From positions 32,001 to 96,000 of the forward strand of contig JAYOYH010000012.1 in NCBI GenBank assembly GCA_038153405.1: 64,000 nucleotides of DNA, in the 5' to 3' direction. Source of the stretch: Gemmatimonadota bacterium (GTDB lineage: Bacteria > Latescibacterota > UBA2968 > UBA8231). Position 1 is the first letter of the stretch, and each line of letters begins with the position of its first letter. Of the stretch, positions 30,934 to 40,504 are shown piece after piece. The notes beneath the pieces are model-generated. The model was not told the DNA's origin. It did not search any database and was given only the letters and a program-made list of their open reading frames with translations. Made by a program: the position numbers and the translations under genes.

Positions 30934-32538
30934 ATGTATGATCTCCTCCTCAAGAACGGCCTCCTCATCGACGGCAGCGGGGCCCCTGCCTTCCAAGCTG
31001 ACATCGCCGTCCAAGACGGGCGCATCGCCGCCATCGGCGCGCTTGGCGACGGACCCGCGCGCCAAACGGTCGATGCCAGCGACCGCTGCGTGTGCCCCGG
31101 CTTTATCGATATCCATACGCACTCCGACCTGACCATCGCCCTCGACGGGCGCGCCTACAGTTCGCTGGCACAGGGCATCACCACGCAGATCATGGGCAAC
31201 TGCGGCGTCTCCGCCGCGCCTACGCGCGATGGCGCCCTGTACTACGGACCGCTAGACCCAAGCATGACGCGCGGCCTGGTCTGCGACTGGGCGCACTTCG
31301 ACCAGTATTTTGCGCGCCTCGAAGACCAGGGCTTGGGCACCAATACCGCTACGCTCGTCGGCCACGGCAATATTCGCGTCGCCGCCATGGGATACGACGA
31401 TCGACCGCCAACGACAAGCGAAATGGCTGTTATGCGCGAGCTGGTCGAGCGCGCCATGCACGACGGCTGCTTCGGTTTGTCCAGCGGCCTGGCCTACGCG
31501 CCGGGTCCCTACGCCGCCCTCGATGAATTAGTTGAACTGAGTGAAGTCGTCGCGCGCCACGGCGGCATCTACACCTCGCACATCCGCAACCAGACCGAGG
31601 GCATCGCCGCTGCCGTAGGCGAGGTGACCAGCGTCGGCCAGCGCGCGCGCTTGGCCGCGCACGTCTCGCATATGCAGCCAGGCGCGCCGATGATCGGCTC
31701 AACGCGCCAGCTGCTCGACGACATCGATGCCCTGCGCGCCAGCGGCATGGATATCAGCTGCGATGCCATTCCCTATACCATCGGCAGCACTACGCTCAAA
31801 TCGCTCCTGCCGCCCTGGGCACTGGACGGCGGCGACGAGGCGCTGCTGCGCCGGTTAAACGATCTGGAAATGCGCGAGAAGATCAAGGCCGATACCATGC
31901 AGTACGGCGCGGAGAGCGGAGGTAGCCGCAAGCGCAACCTAGTCAAAAGCCAGCAGTGGGAGAAAATCTGGCTGGGCAGCGCCGAGCACAACGCCGCGCT
32001 GGCCGGACTCGACTTTGCAGAAATCGGCCGCAGACGCCAGCAGGATCCGCACGACGCCGTGCTCGACATCCTCATCGAAGAGGAGGCACGCCCGTGGATG
32101 TTGGCCGAGGACGTGTCGGAAGAAGACTTTCTCAACATCGCCCGCCACCCGGCCGGCGGCGTCATATCCGACGGATTCTCGCTGGTGCCCGAAGGCGTGC
32201 TGGCCGAGGGTAAGCACCACCCGCGCTCCTATGCGGCTTTTCCCTATTTCCTGCGCCGCTTCGTGCGCGAACAGTCGGCGCTGCGCTGGGAGGAAGCCAT
32301 CTTCAAACTCAGCGGACATGCCGCTGCGCGCTTTGGCCTGTCCGATCGCGGCCTGCTGCGCGAAGGGCTATGTGCCGACTTAGTGGTCTTCGACCCGCAG
32401 CACATTAGCGAGGGCGCCGACTTCGACTCCCCGTATCAATATCCCAGCGGCATCGACTGCGTCGTGGTCAATGGATCGATCGCCGTCGACGGCGGCGAAC
32501 TCAGCGACGTGCGCGCCGGTCGGGTGCTGCGCAAATAA
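30934..32538 (+). CDS. N-acyl-D-amino-acid deacylase (D-aminoacylase) family amidohydrolase
   Basis: PGFIDIHTHSD, GNCG, SHIRN, HPRSYAAFP and ADLVVFDP motifs. Confidence 0.9.
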   Translation: MYDLLLKNGLLIDGSGAPAFQADIAVQDGRIAAIGALGDGPARQTVDASDRCVCPGFIDIHTHSDLTIALDGRAYSSLAQGITTQIMGNCGVSAAPTRDGALYYGPLDPSMTRGLVCDWAHFDQYFARLEDQGLGTNTATLVGHGNIRVAAMGYDDRPPTTSEMAVMRELVERAMHDGCFGLSSGLAYAPGPYAALDELVELSEVVARHGGIYTSHIRNQTEGIAAAVGEVTSVGQRARLAAHVSHMQPGAPMIGSTRQLLDDIDALRASGMDISCDAIPYTIGSTTLKSLLPPWALDGGDEALLRRLNDLEMREKIKADTMQYGAESGGSRKRNLVKSQQWEKIWLGSAEHNAALAGLDFAEIGRRRQQDPHDAVLDILIEEEARPWMLAEDVSEEDFLNIARHPAGGVISDGFSLVPEGVLAEGKHHPRSYAAFPYFLRRFVREQSALRWEEAIFKLSGHAAARFGLSDRGLLREGLCADLVVFDPQHISEGADFDSPYQYPSGIDCVVVNGSIAVDGGELSDVRAGRVLRK

Positions 32539-32556
32539 TTACCTCTAAACAGGTAG

Positions 32557-33017
32557 ATGTGCGTAAAAATTAACAAGGTCGAAACCATTCGCTCAATCGA
32601 GCGCAACTACTGCTGGATTTTGATCTACACCGATGAGGGGCACGTAGGCCTCGGCGAGACCTACCACCGCGCTGACCCGGCCGAGCTCATAGTGCATGAG
32701 TTTGCACGCGACATACTGCTCGGCCAGGATCCGCGCAATATCGAGCGCATATTGAATCCCGACTAGCCTGGACCGGCGGCCTTTCCGAAGTGCGCAAGAT
32801 CGCCGCCTGTGCTCAGGTGCACTACGTGCCGGTCGCCCCACACAACTACGGACCCCTGAGCTGCATGGCGCTGACGCACCTAATGGCCGCTCTTCCCAAC
32901 ACGCGCCATCTCGAATTTACCGCCTACCGCTATCCGATCTGGAATAGCTATCTCGATGAACCGATCACCTGGTCCGAGGGACAGCTGGCGCTGCCGAGAA
33001 CAGTTATAGAAGAATAG
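32557..33017 (+). pseudogene. Mandelate racemase/muconate lactonizing (enolase superfamily) pseudogene with internal deletion and frameshift
   Basis: N-terminal capping-domain fragment (TDEGHVGLGE...LLGQDPRNIERI) is joined directly to late barrel sequence LNPD/LAWTGGLSEVRKIA...PVAPHN in another frame. Only about 150 codons in total. Confidence 0.75.
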
Positions 33018-33024
33018 TCGCTCG

Positions 33025-34017
33025 TCAATGGATGATCTTGTCGAGCAGTCCGTTCGCCTTTAGCCCCCAGTAAAGCTTCTGCGCTAATTCCCACGACCCC
33101 TCGCTCGTTAAGTGAATGCCGTCCTCGACAAAGTACTTGTGCGTCAGGTCTTCTTGTGGAAATTGGTCAAACGCGCCCAGCATATCGACTACGAGCGCGC
33201 CTTCGTCGCGCGCGACCGCGCGCACGATCTCAGCGTAGCGCCGGTGTAGCGGTACTAGCTCGCTCAGATCCTCGAGCCAGCGCTCACCCAAGTAGACCGG
33301 CTCGTGCCCTACGCGGTGCGAGGAGGGCGCCGTCAGCAGCACCGGCGTAATATTCGCCGCGCGCGCCGTGCGCACCATCTCCGTCAGGTTGGCGCGAAAA
33401 TCGGCTTCCGATACGCGGCGCGGACGCGCGCCATCGCCGTAGCTCCCAATGGCCAGATAACTGAACAACTGCACCAAGCGCCAATCGTCAAAGCGCATCA
33501 GCAGCGAACGGTCTGCATTAAATACTCCAACATTCTTGTCGGCAATGCCAAAGCTCATCCAGTGATCGTTCCACCCGTAGTATATGGTGACGATCTGCGG
33601 CTGCATGGGCACGATGTCGCGCTCCAGCTGCTGAAGCCCTTGATAGGAGCTCCAACCGCCAACGCCTGCGTTGACGAAGGTAAAGCTATTTTGTGGGTGT
33701 GCCTGGTCGATAATGCTCTTGAAGAGCCGGCTGTAGTTGCTCCATGCCGTGCAGGAATCGCCCATAAAGACAATATTCGGCCGGCTGCCGCTCAAGTTGT
33801 CGACCGCCTCACGGTATCCCTTTGGGACCCACAGCACCTTTTCGTCGGCCGTAAAGGTGTCTGCCATCAGAACGGGATCAGGCCAGCCAAACTCCACGCG
33901 TGCTGGAAAGAGTTTGTATTCAAACCCGTATGCGCGCAGCAGCAGTTCGCCGAGGGCGAGTGATACGACGAGGCTACAGGCGAAGAGTGCTGCTGTTAGA
34001 TAGGATCTTTCTTTCAC
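33025..34017 (-). CDS. Membrane-anchored SGNH/GDSL hydrolase family protein
   Basis: N-terminal TM, GDS (block I), GVGG (II), GWND (III) and DGIH (V). Confidence 0.85.
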   Translation of the reverse strand: MKERSYLTAALFACSLVVSLALGELLLRAYGFEYKLFPARVEFGWPDPVLMADTFTADEKVLWVPKGYREAVDNLSGSRPNIVFMGDSCTAWSNYSRLFKSIIDQAHPQNSFTFVNAGVGGWSSYQGLQQLERDIVPMQPQIVTIYYGWNDHWMSFGIADKNVGVFNADRSLLMRFDDWRLVQLFSYLAIGSYGDGARPRRVSEADFRANLTEMVRTARAANITPVLLTAPSSHRVGHEPVYLGERWLEDLSELVPLHRRYAEIVRAVARDEGALVVDMLGAFDQFPQEDLTHKYFVEDGIHLTSEGSWELAQKLYWGLKANGLLDKIIH

Positions 34018-34038
34018 GACGACGTCCCTTTGGCGGCC

Positions 34039-35949
34039 CTACCCATTGTCGTTAAACGCTTGCTCCAACGCGCTTTCCAATAGCGCCTGAGCTGCAGCCG
34101 CGCTGAAGTCGGACGGTGCAAAGCGCAGTATGGCGCGTAGGGCCTCATCGCGATTTCCCGCCGCGTAGAGCGACATCGCCCACTGCATATACGCATAGCG
34201 CATTTGCTCTCCGTCTTGTGCACCCTCTTCCAGTGCATCAACGGCCCGCCCATAGGCGCGCACGGCTAGGCCAAAGACGCGACTGGTAAAGTAGATATCG
34301 CCCAGGGCCACGTTCCGTTCAAAGAGGTTAGGGCGCAGGCGGGTGCGCGGCTCTAAGCGCGCGCGCGAACGGGCTATGTCCTCTTTCGAGACCGCTCGGT
34401 AGGTTTCCCGACTCAGCCACTGATCCCACGCGCCGCGGTGATAATCCCATATGGCGCGCCAGCGCGCGCCCGATAGGAGCGGGCCGCTCGTTATCAGACG
34501 CAGTCCATCGTAGTAGCGACCCAACTGGCGATCGGCCAGCACATTTTCTCCATAGATCAGCGTCTCGAGATAGCCTTCGGGCATGATCCGCTCAAAGTGG
34601 CCCGGGCTCCACTCGGCATCTTCAAAGGCGGGCAAACGCGCCAGCAGCGCCGTGCCGATGCCGAGCACATCGGCGTGATACAGTTTGGGGCCTGCATAGT
34701 ATGGCAAGATGCCAATGTTGTAATACGTCGTAACGACCAATTCCTGGCGCTGGGCGGCCGCTCTTAATTGCCGGCCAAAATCGACCCAATGATGGCGCGG
34801 AAACTCAACACCCTCGTCTGCCGACAGCGCTTTGAGCAATCCCGTCGCCGCGTGGTAATTGGCGCGTTCGTCCAAAATTCCGTGCCCCGCTTCTACGCCA
34901 TGCTCCTCGTAGTCGACGCCGCTGAGCGGAGGCGGCGCTGACCCCATCAAGCCAACGGCCAGCACGGCGCCCAGCGCCGCAAGGCCGGTGCGCGCATCGC
35001 GCAGCGCTACAGCATATACCAGCGCACACACGGCCCCCAAAAATGGCAGCGCGATAAAGCGCCCCGTCATATAGTCGCCGCCAATGCGGACGACGTAGAC
35101 CAGATAGAGCGCGCAGCCCAGTACGATCACTCCCTCTCGAGCCAAGCGCCGATAGGCACACCATGCACTGGCCAAAGCCAGCGCGCCCAGTGCCAGGGGA
35201 TCGACGCGCAGTGAGTTTTGCAAATAGCGCAATCCCTGCACCACCAACTCTCCAGAATCCACACCCGTATTGAGCTTGGCATAGGCCGTGTTGGGAACAA
35301 AAAAACCGTAGTACGCGAGCGAGAATATCTCCCACCCTAAAAAGAGCGGCAACCCGCACGACAGCAGGTACAGGGCGCGCGCGCTGCGCTCCTGCCATAT
35401 GCAGTAGAGAAGAGCGGGGCCGTAGACGATCAGCACATCCATGCGCGTCAGCGCCGCCAACGAGGTCAATACGCCGAGCAGGACGAGTCGACGCGGTCCG
35501 TTCTCAGCGCGCAAAAAAACGGCGACGAAGAGAGCCAGCAATAGGTGCGACAGCGGATTTTCTAAACCGGATGTCGAATAGTCGACAAAGGCCTTACACA
35601 GGCACAGTAGAGCCACGCCCAAGGCCGCATGCCACACGCTCGGTGCCAGCACGACCACGACGAGCGCAGCTACCCCTAGAGAGCACAGCCAGGAAACACC
35701 AATGCTGGTGTAAAACACCTCACCGCTCAGCCAGTGCGCCAATGCCATAAAACCAAACCACAGCGGATGGGTGTAGGTCTGCACGCGCTCGCCGACGTTC
35801 CACACCGCACCGTAGCCGTTGAGTAAATTATCTACCGTGCGAAAGGTGATAAAGGCATCTTCGTGCAGCCAGGCGTTTTGCAAAACGACAAGCGCATAAA
35901 CTCCTAACGCAACCGCTTGCAGTGCGCGATGAGCAGGGGTTGTGAGCAT
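34039..35949 (-). CDS. Polytopic membrane GT-C glycosyltransferase-like protein (AftB-like) with C-terminal TPR-like helices
   Basis: HEDAFITFRTVDNLLNGYG...GERVQTYTHPLW, TSGLENPL, PNTAYAK and GGDYMTGRF motifs with many TM segments. Start taken as ATG 35949. Confidence 0.7.
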   Translation of the reverse strand: MLTTPAHRALQAVALGVYALVVLQNAWLHEDAFITFRTVDNLLNGYGAVWNVGERVQTYTHPLWFGFMALAHWLSGEVFYTSIGVSWLCSLGVAALVVVVLAPSVWHAALGVALLCLCKAFVDYSTSGLENPLSHLLLALFVAVFLRAENGPRRLVLLGVLTSLAALTRMDVLIVYGPALLYCIWQERSARALYLLSCGLPLFLGWEIFSLAYYGFFVPNTAYAKLNTGVDSGELVVQGLRYLQNSLRVDPLALGALALASAWCAYRRLAREGVIVLGCALYLVYVVRIGGDYMTGRFIALPFLGAVCALVYAVALRDARTGLAALGAVLAVGLMGSAPPPLSGVDYEEHGVEAGHGILDERANYHAATGLLKALSADEGVEFPRHHWVDFGRQLRAAAQRQELVVTTYYNIGILPYYAGPKLYHADVLGIGTALLARLPAFEDAEWSPGHFERIMPEGYLETLIYGENVLADRQLGRYYDGLRLITSGPLLSGARWRAIWDYHRGAWDQWLSRETYRAVSKEDIARSRARLEPRTRLRPNLFERNVALGDIYFTSRVFGLAVRAYGRAVDALEEGAQDGEQMRYAYMQWAMSLYAAGNRDEALRAILRFAPSDFSAAAAQALLESALEQAFNDNG

Positions 35950-36084
35950 CAAACCTTCAACTATTTTTGTTGTCAATGGGCGAATTGAATGTAGAAGGCT
36001 GCCCGTTGTCGAGCAAACGCACTGCGCCGATCGGGCGACGCCCTCTCCAATGTAAATCCATCCTGATGGCATTCGAGGTATACC

Positions 36085-37455
36085 ATGACGCGGCAACCTA
36101 ATCTCATCGTCGTCCTGTCTGACCAACTGCGCCGACACGCCTTGGCGTGCTACGGCGACCCGGACGCGCGCACACCGCATACGACACAGCTAGCGGCCGA
36201 CGGCGTGCGCTTTGCCAACGCCTGCTCGACCTACCCGATTTGCGTTCCCTTTCGCTTTACCATGATGACCGGCGAGTACGCACACACGCGCTGGGTGCCC
36301 GGCATAGAGTACCGCATGTCACCGCGCGAGCGCACGCTGGCCGACGAGTTTAACGAAGCGGGCTACCAAACGATCTACGTCGGCAAGTGGCACCTCGACG
36401 GCGGACACGGTCGCATGGGATCGGCCGTGCAAACCAACCGAACGCCCGTGCCGCGCACACATCAGGGACGCTGGAAAACATGGTTTGGCTTTGAGCTGCG
36501 CAACGGACCTTTTGACACCTGCTATTTTGCCAACGAAGACCCCACGCCCATTGCGATAGCGGACTACCAGACCGACGGTCTATTCGATATCGGCATGCGC
36601 CACCTCAGAGAGCGGAGCAATCCGCACGAACCGTTTTGCATGGTTATCTCCGTCGAACCGCCGCACGATCCGTTTGAAGCGCCGGCGGCACTACAAGAGG
36701 CGTGGGCGAAACGCGATATCGCTCTACCGCCCAATTTTGCCCCCGACGACGATGCCCAGCGCGCGCGCTTTATCGGCGAGCGCAAACGCTACAACGCCAT
36801 GATTGAAAACCTCGACCAAAACGTGGGGAAATTGCGCGCCTTCCTGTGCCAAGAACGGCTGGCCGATGAGACGATCATCGTCTTTCTCTCCGACCACGGA
36901 GAGTTGGGCGGCGCCCATGGTCTAGGGCGCAAACAGTGGCCCTATGAAGAATCGGTCGGCATACCGCTCATCGTCTTTGATCCGCGCTCGCCTTCCCGCG
37001 CTGGCAGCGTCATCTCAGCGCCCACCTGCACAGAAGACCTCTTTCCAACTTTTCTGGGATTATGCGGCTTGACGGCCAGTAACTCGTTACCCGGCACCGA
37101 CCTCACATCGCTCATATCCGGCCAGGCTGCGTCGCTGGACAGAGAGGGCGTTATGCTGCAGTTCGTCGCCGAACTGCGCCACAGCCAGATTTTTCACGAC
37201 GCCGTCTGGCGCGCCTTTCGCAGCGAGCGATTTAAATACGTGGTGCGCGGCGATAAAAACGCATCGCAGCCGTGGATGCTCTTTGATTTGCACAGCGATC
37301 CCTACGAAATCCACAACCTGGTGGCCGACCCGGCCTGGGATGCGCACAAAGCGCACCTGCACCAACAACTCCGCCTGCGCATGGCCGAAACGACCGATCC
37401 CTTCGTACTATCACCCGCTTGGAACGCCCCCGGTCTTAACCAATGGCATGCGTGA
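36085..37455 (+). CDS. Sulfatase (Cys-type, formylglycine-dependent)
   Basis: PNLIVVLSDQ, CVPFR (CxPxR), GKWHL, PPHDP and SDHGE motifs. No signal peptide. Confidence 0.9.
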   Translation: MTRQPNLIVVLSDQLRRHALACYGDPDARTPHTTQLAADGVRFANACSTYPICVPFRFTMMTGEYAHTRWVPGIEYRMSPRERTLADEFNEAGYQTIYVGKWHLDGGHGRMGSAVQTNRTPVPRTHQGRWKTWFGFELRNGPFDTCYFANEDPTPIAIADYQTDGLFDIGMRHLRERSNPHEPFCMVISVEPPHDPFEAPAALQEAWAKRDIALPPNFAPDDDAQRARFIGERKRYNAMIENLDQNVGKLRAFLCQERLADETIIVFLSDHGELGGAHGLGRKQWPYEESVGIPLIVFDPRSPSRAGSVISAPTCTEDLFPTFLGLCGLTASNSLPGTDLTSLISGQAASLDREGVMLQFVAELRHSQIFHDAVWRAFRSERFKYVVRGDKNASQPWMLFDLHSDPYEIHNLVADPAWDAHKAHLHQQLRLRMAETTDPFVLSPAWNAPGLNQWHA

Positions 37456-37460
37456 GGGAG

Positions 37461-39290
37461 CTATTCGTTGCGCACGCGCTGCCAAAGGTCTGGGGCCGCG
37501 TGCTGTGCCGCGCGCAACAATTGCGCGCCTTCGCCCTCTCTGCCTGTAAGTTTGAGTAGCACTCCCAAGTTGTATAGAGCAGCAAAATAGGTGCTGTCTT
37601 CCCGTATCGCAGTCCTGTAGTACTTTTCCGCTTCGTCTAGCCTGTCCATCTGATTATGTAAAAAGCCTAACTCGTAATAAGCAACGGAACGCTCACCGCC
37701 CAGTTTCAACGCATCCAATAGCACGCGCTCAGCTATTTCGCTCTGCCCCGCCAAACGCAGCGCCTGGCCCCACCGTATGTGGTGGGTCATATCCCACGGA
37801 TCTAACTCGACTGTTTGTCGACATGCTTCAACAGCTTCTTTTGCGTATTGCCCTTGTATCAGCACTTCACAGAGCCCAGCATTCGTCTCTATATCTCGAG
37901 CGTCAAGGCGTATTGCCGAACGGAAATAGGACACAGCCGAATCGGCTTCGTCACACATATTGAAAGCCCTAGCCAAGTTTTTCTGTGGTAATACCCATTC
38001 GGGGGAAAGCTCTATAGCACGACGAAAATGCATCGTTACCTGTTCGCAACTTGTTGAAAGCCTAGCGATGTTGTTATAGATACGCGGATTGTCGGGAGCT
38101 ACGGCCAGCGTCGCCTGCCAAATGGACAGTTCGCTTGAATACTCGGCGTTGCGTTTTACCGTCAGGCCTGAAAACCCCGCAACGACCACCGACAATACCA
38201 CATTGCGAATGGAAACACTCCACCCCTTACTGTGCCACAGCGCATGAATACCCGACACAACGAGCGCAATGAGCGGTATAAGCGGCAGATACATGCGCCG
38301 CTCGGCGCCCACCTCCGTCACAATAGGTACAATGCTCGACGTGGGCGATAGCAATATAAAAAATCCCACGGCAGCAAAACCCACGCGCGGTTGTCGGTAC
38401 AGCGCCGCGCCGCTCATTGCCAATAGCAGCGCGATCGACAGCAACTGCGGCCATACTTCGACCACCGTCACTGTGCCGGCAAAACCATAGTCGAACAGCA
38501 GTGGATGCGGCCAGAACGCACTGCGCAAATAGTCGACTAAAATATCGGATTGGATGAGCGCATAGGTGAACGGAGAGATCTGCAGTCCCCAGCCGGCGGT
38601 ATCGCCGCGCGGACCTTCTGCCACCAATACAGCCAACAGCAACCAGCTGGCCATGAACCCTGCATAGATGCGCCGCCGTTGCCTCCAAGCCGCGCGCCAG
38701 CTATCGAATAGATATACTCTGTCGTAGAGGGCGATCAGCACGGGGGCCGTTACCATCGACTCCTTACAGGCCATGCCAGCCGCACACGATACCACAGATG
38801 CACACTCCCATACCCAACAGTTGCGACCGCGCGCCGCGCGCTGGGCGGCATACAACGCAGCTAAATAACACAGCGCCATGAGCTGCTCGCTGCGCTGAGA
38901 TATGTAGTTAATGCATTCGGAATTAAGCGGATGAATCAGCCAGACCAGCGCAACGACAAGCGCTTTCCCATCCGACAATACGGGGCGCAATACCGCCCAA
39001 CAGAGCCATGAACACAAGATGTGCAGCGCAAGGTTAACCACTCGGAAGTGGGCAACATCGTAACCGCTCAGGGCATAGCTGATCGCAAAGCTCAGCCGCA
39101 CCAATGGACGCCCATCTGTTGGGAGGCCTCGAGTTTCGGCATTGGCGGGTAAGAGCTGGCGAATCGACTCGTTTTTCAGTATGCCAACATGGTCGTCAAA
39201 GACAAAGGGGTTACTCAGGCTATTGGCGTATAGAGCACACCCGACGACCAAGAGCAGCCACAGAGGACGCGTTCTCTCGTACAACGCCAT
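37461..39290 (-). CDS. TMTC-like membrane glycosyltransferase with C-terminal TPRs
   Basis: FVFDD, RPL, HPLNSECINYISQRSE, KES, PHPLLFDY and AERRMYLP motifs followed by TPR repeats. Confidence 0.78.
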   Translation of the reverse strand: MALYERTRPLWLLLVVGCALYANSLSNPFVFDDHVGILKNESIRQLLPANAETRGLPTDGRPLVRLSFAISYALSGYDVAHFRVVNLALHILCSWLCWAVLRPVLSDGKALVVALVWLIHPLNSECINYISQRSEQLMALCYLAALYAAQRAARGRNCWVWECASVVSCAAGMACKESMVTAPVLIALYDRVYLFDSWRAAWRQRRRIYAGFMASWLLLAVLVAEGPRGDTAGWGLQISPFTYALIQSDILVDYLRSAFWPHPLLFDYGFAGTVTVVEVWPQLLSIALLLAMSGAALYRQPRVGFAAVGFFILLSPTSSIVPIVTEVGAERRMYLPLIPLIALVVSGIHALWHSKGWSVSIRNVVLSVVVAGFSGLTVKRNAEYSSELSIWQATLAVAPDNPRIYNNIARLSTSCEQVTMHFRRAIELSPEWVLPQKNLARAFNMCDEADSAVSYFRSAIRLDARDIETNAGLCEVLIQGQYAKEAVEACRQTVELDPWDMTHHIRWGQALRLAGQSEIAERVLLDALKLGGERSVAYYELGFLHNQMDRLDEAEKYYRTAIREDSTYFAALYNLGVLLKLTGREGEGAQLLRAAQHAAPDLWQRVRNE

Positions 39291-39296
39291 GCGCGC

Positions 39297-40463
39297 CTAT
39301 GCACCCTCGCCCGGCACCAAAAACATTTCGCGCCGGTAGGGAAGGAACGCTCCCTGCTGACAGTAGAGCGCGTGATAGCGAGCTACTTTTTCTTCGTCCA
39401 CTTCGACGCCTAAACCAACTCCCTGCGGCACGCCCCAGTGCGGGCCATCGGCGATGGGTAAGCGCTCGCGCACAATGTCGTCTTCCATCATGGCGGCCAC
39501 CTGCTGATTGCCATCGACTACGTTTGGCAAGGTCAGGCAGACGTGGTGCGACGCGGCGGCCATAAGACCCAATTCGCCGTGCGTATGGCGACACACCTTC
39601 AGACTCTGGCCGTGTGCTTGCCAACTCAAGCGGTGAAATTGACCCAGCGTGCCCACCCAATTGCTGCTGAAGCACAGCACGTCGGCCGCGCGCCGCCCAA
39701 TGACTTCGCGCACGTCGCATACGCGCCACAGCCCCTCGTTGGCGCAGAGCGCAACCGGCGTCTGCCGACGCACTTCGACCATATTGTCAACCGGATCTGG
39801 CCATACTGGCTGTTCGGCGAAATCGATGCGATAGGCGTCAAATGCATTCAGGTTGCGGATTGCCTCGTTCACGCTCCAGGCGCCGTTGGCATCAATGCGG
39901 ATTTTACGCTGCGGCCCAATTGCCGAACGCAGCGCAGCAACCGCTGCCAATTCGCGCTCTAAGTCAATGCCTACCTTCAGGTAGAACACGCCGTACCCCC
40001 GTTCGACGCCCTCCACCGCCTGCGCGGCCACCGCGTCGGGGTCGCCGTAGGACAGATAGTAGAAGTAGTCGACGGAATCGCGCTGTAGACCGCCGAACAA
40101 GTTGTAGAGCGGCTGACCAGCGGCTTTGCCGCACAAATCCCAGAGCGCCATATCGAGTCCTGCAAAGGCAAAATTGCCGCTCATCTCGCGGTGGTACCAA
40201 TGTGCCGTCATAAAAAAGTCCCGCGCTATCGCCTCGCGCTGCCACGGGTCGCGACCGACAAAGAGCGGGGCAACCGAATCGAGCGCCGCACAAATGCTCT
40301 CGACGTTGGGCCCAGGGCAGCTTTCACCCCAGCCGACCAAACCGCAGTCCGTGCTGACTTTGACCAACACGGCCGTAACTCCATCGCGGCGTACGCGCGA
40401 CGACGTCTCGCGATGCTTATAGGGCACGCTGACCATCGTGTTCTCAATCGACGTAATCTTCAT
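39297..40463 (-). CDS. Mandelate racemase/muconate lactonizing enzyme family (enolase superfamily)
   Basis: GLVGWGE, DMALWDLCGK, RIDANG, EQP, NE and GLGVEVDE motifs. YLK stands in place of the usual KxK. Confidence 0.88.
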   Translation of the reverse strand: MKITSIENTMVSVPYKHRETSSRVRRDGVTAVLVKVSTDCGLVGWGESCPGPNVESICAALDSVAPLFVGRDPWQREAIARDFFMTAHWYHREMSGNFAFAGLDMALWDLCGKAAGQPLYNLFGGLQRDSVDYFYYLSYGDPDAVAAQAVEGVERGYGVFYLKVGIDLERELAAVAALRSAIGPQRKIRIDANGAWSVNEAIRNLNAFDAYRIDFAEQPVWPDPVDNMVEVRRQTPVALCANEGLWRVCDVREVIGRRAADVLCFSSNWVGTLGQFHRLSWQAHGQSLKVCRHTHGELGLMAAASHHVCLTLPNVVDGNQQVAAMMEDDIVRERLPIADGPHWGVPQGVGLGVEVDEEKVARYHALYCQQGAFLPYRREMFLVPGEGA

Positions 40464-40504
40464 GAAGACACCTTAACAAGTCGAAGAAGACTGGCGAACC
40501 GGCA

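Noticed and set aside
32764..32766. TAG as possible pyrrolysine or readthrough codon
   Set aside because: Homology continues in a different frame rather than in frame, which fits a frameshifted pseudogene.
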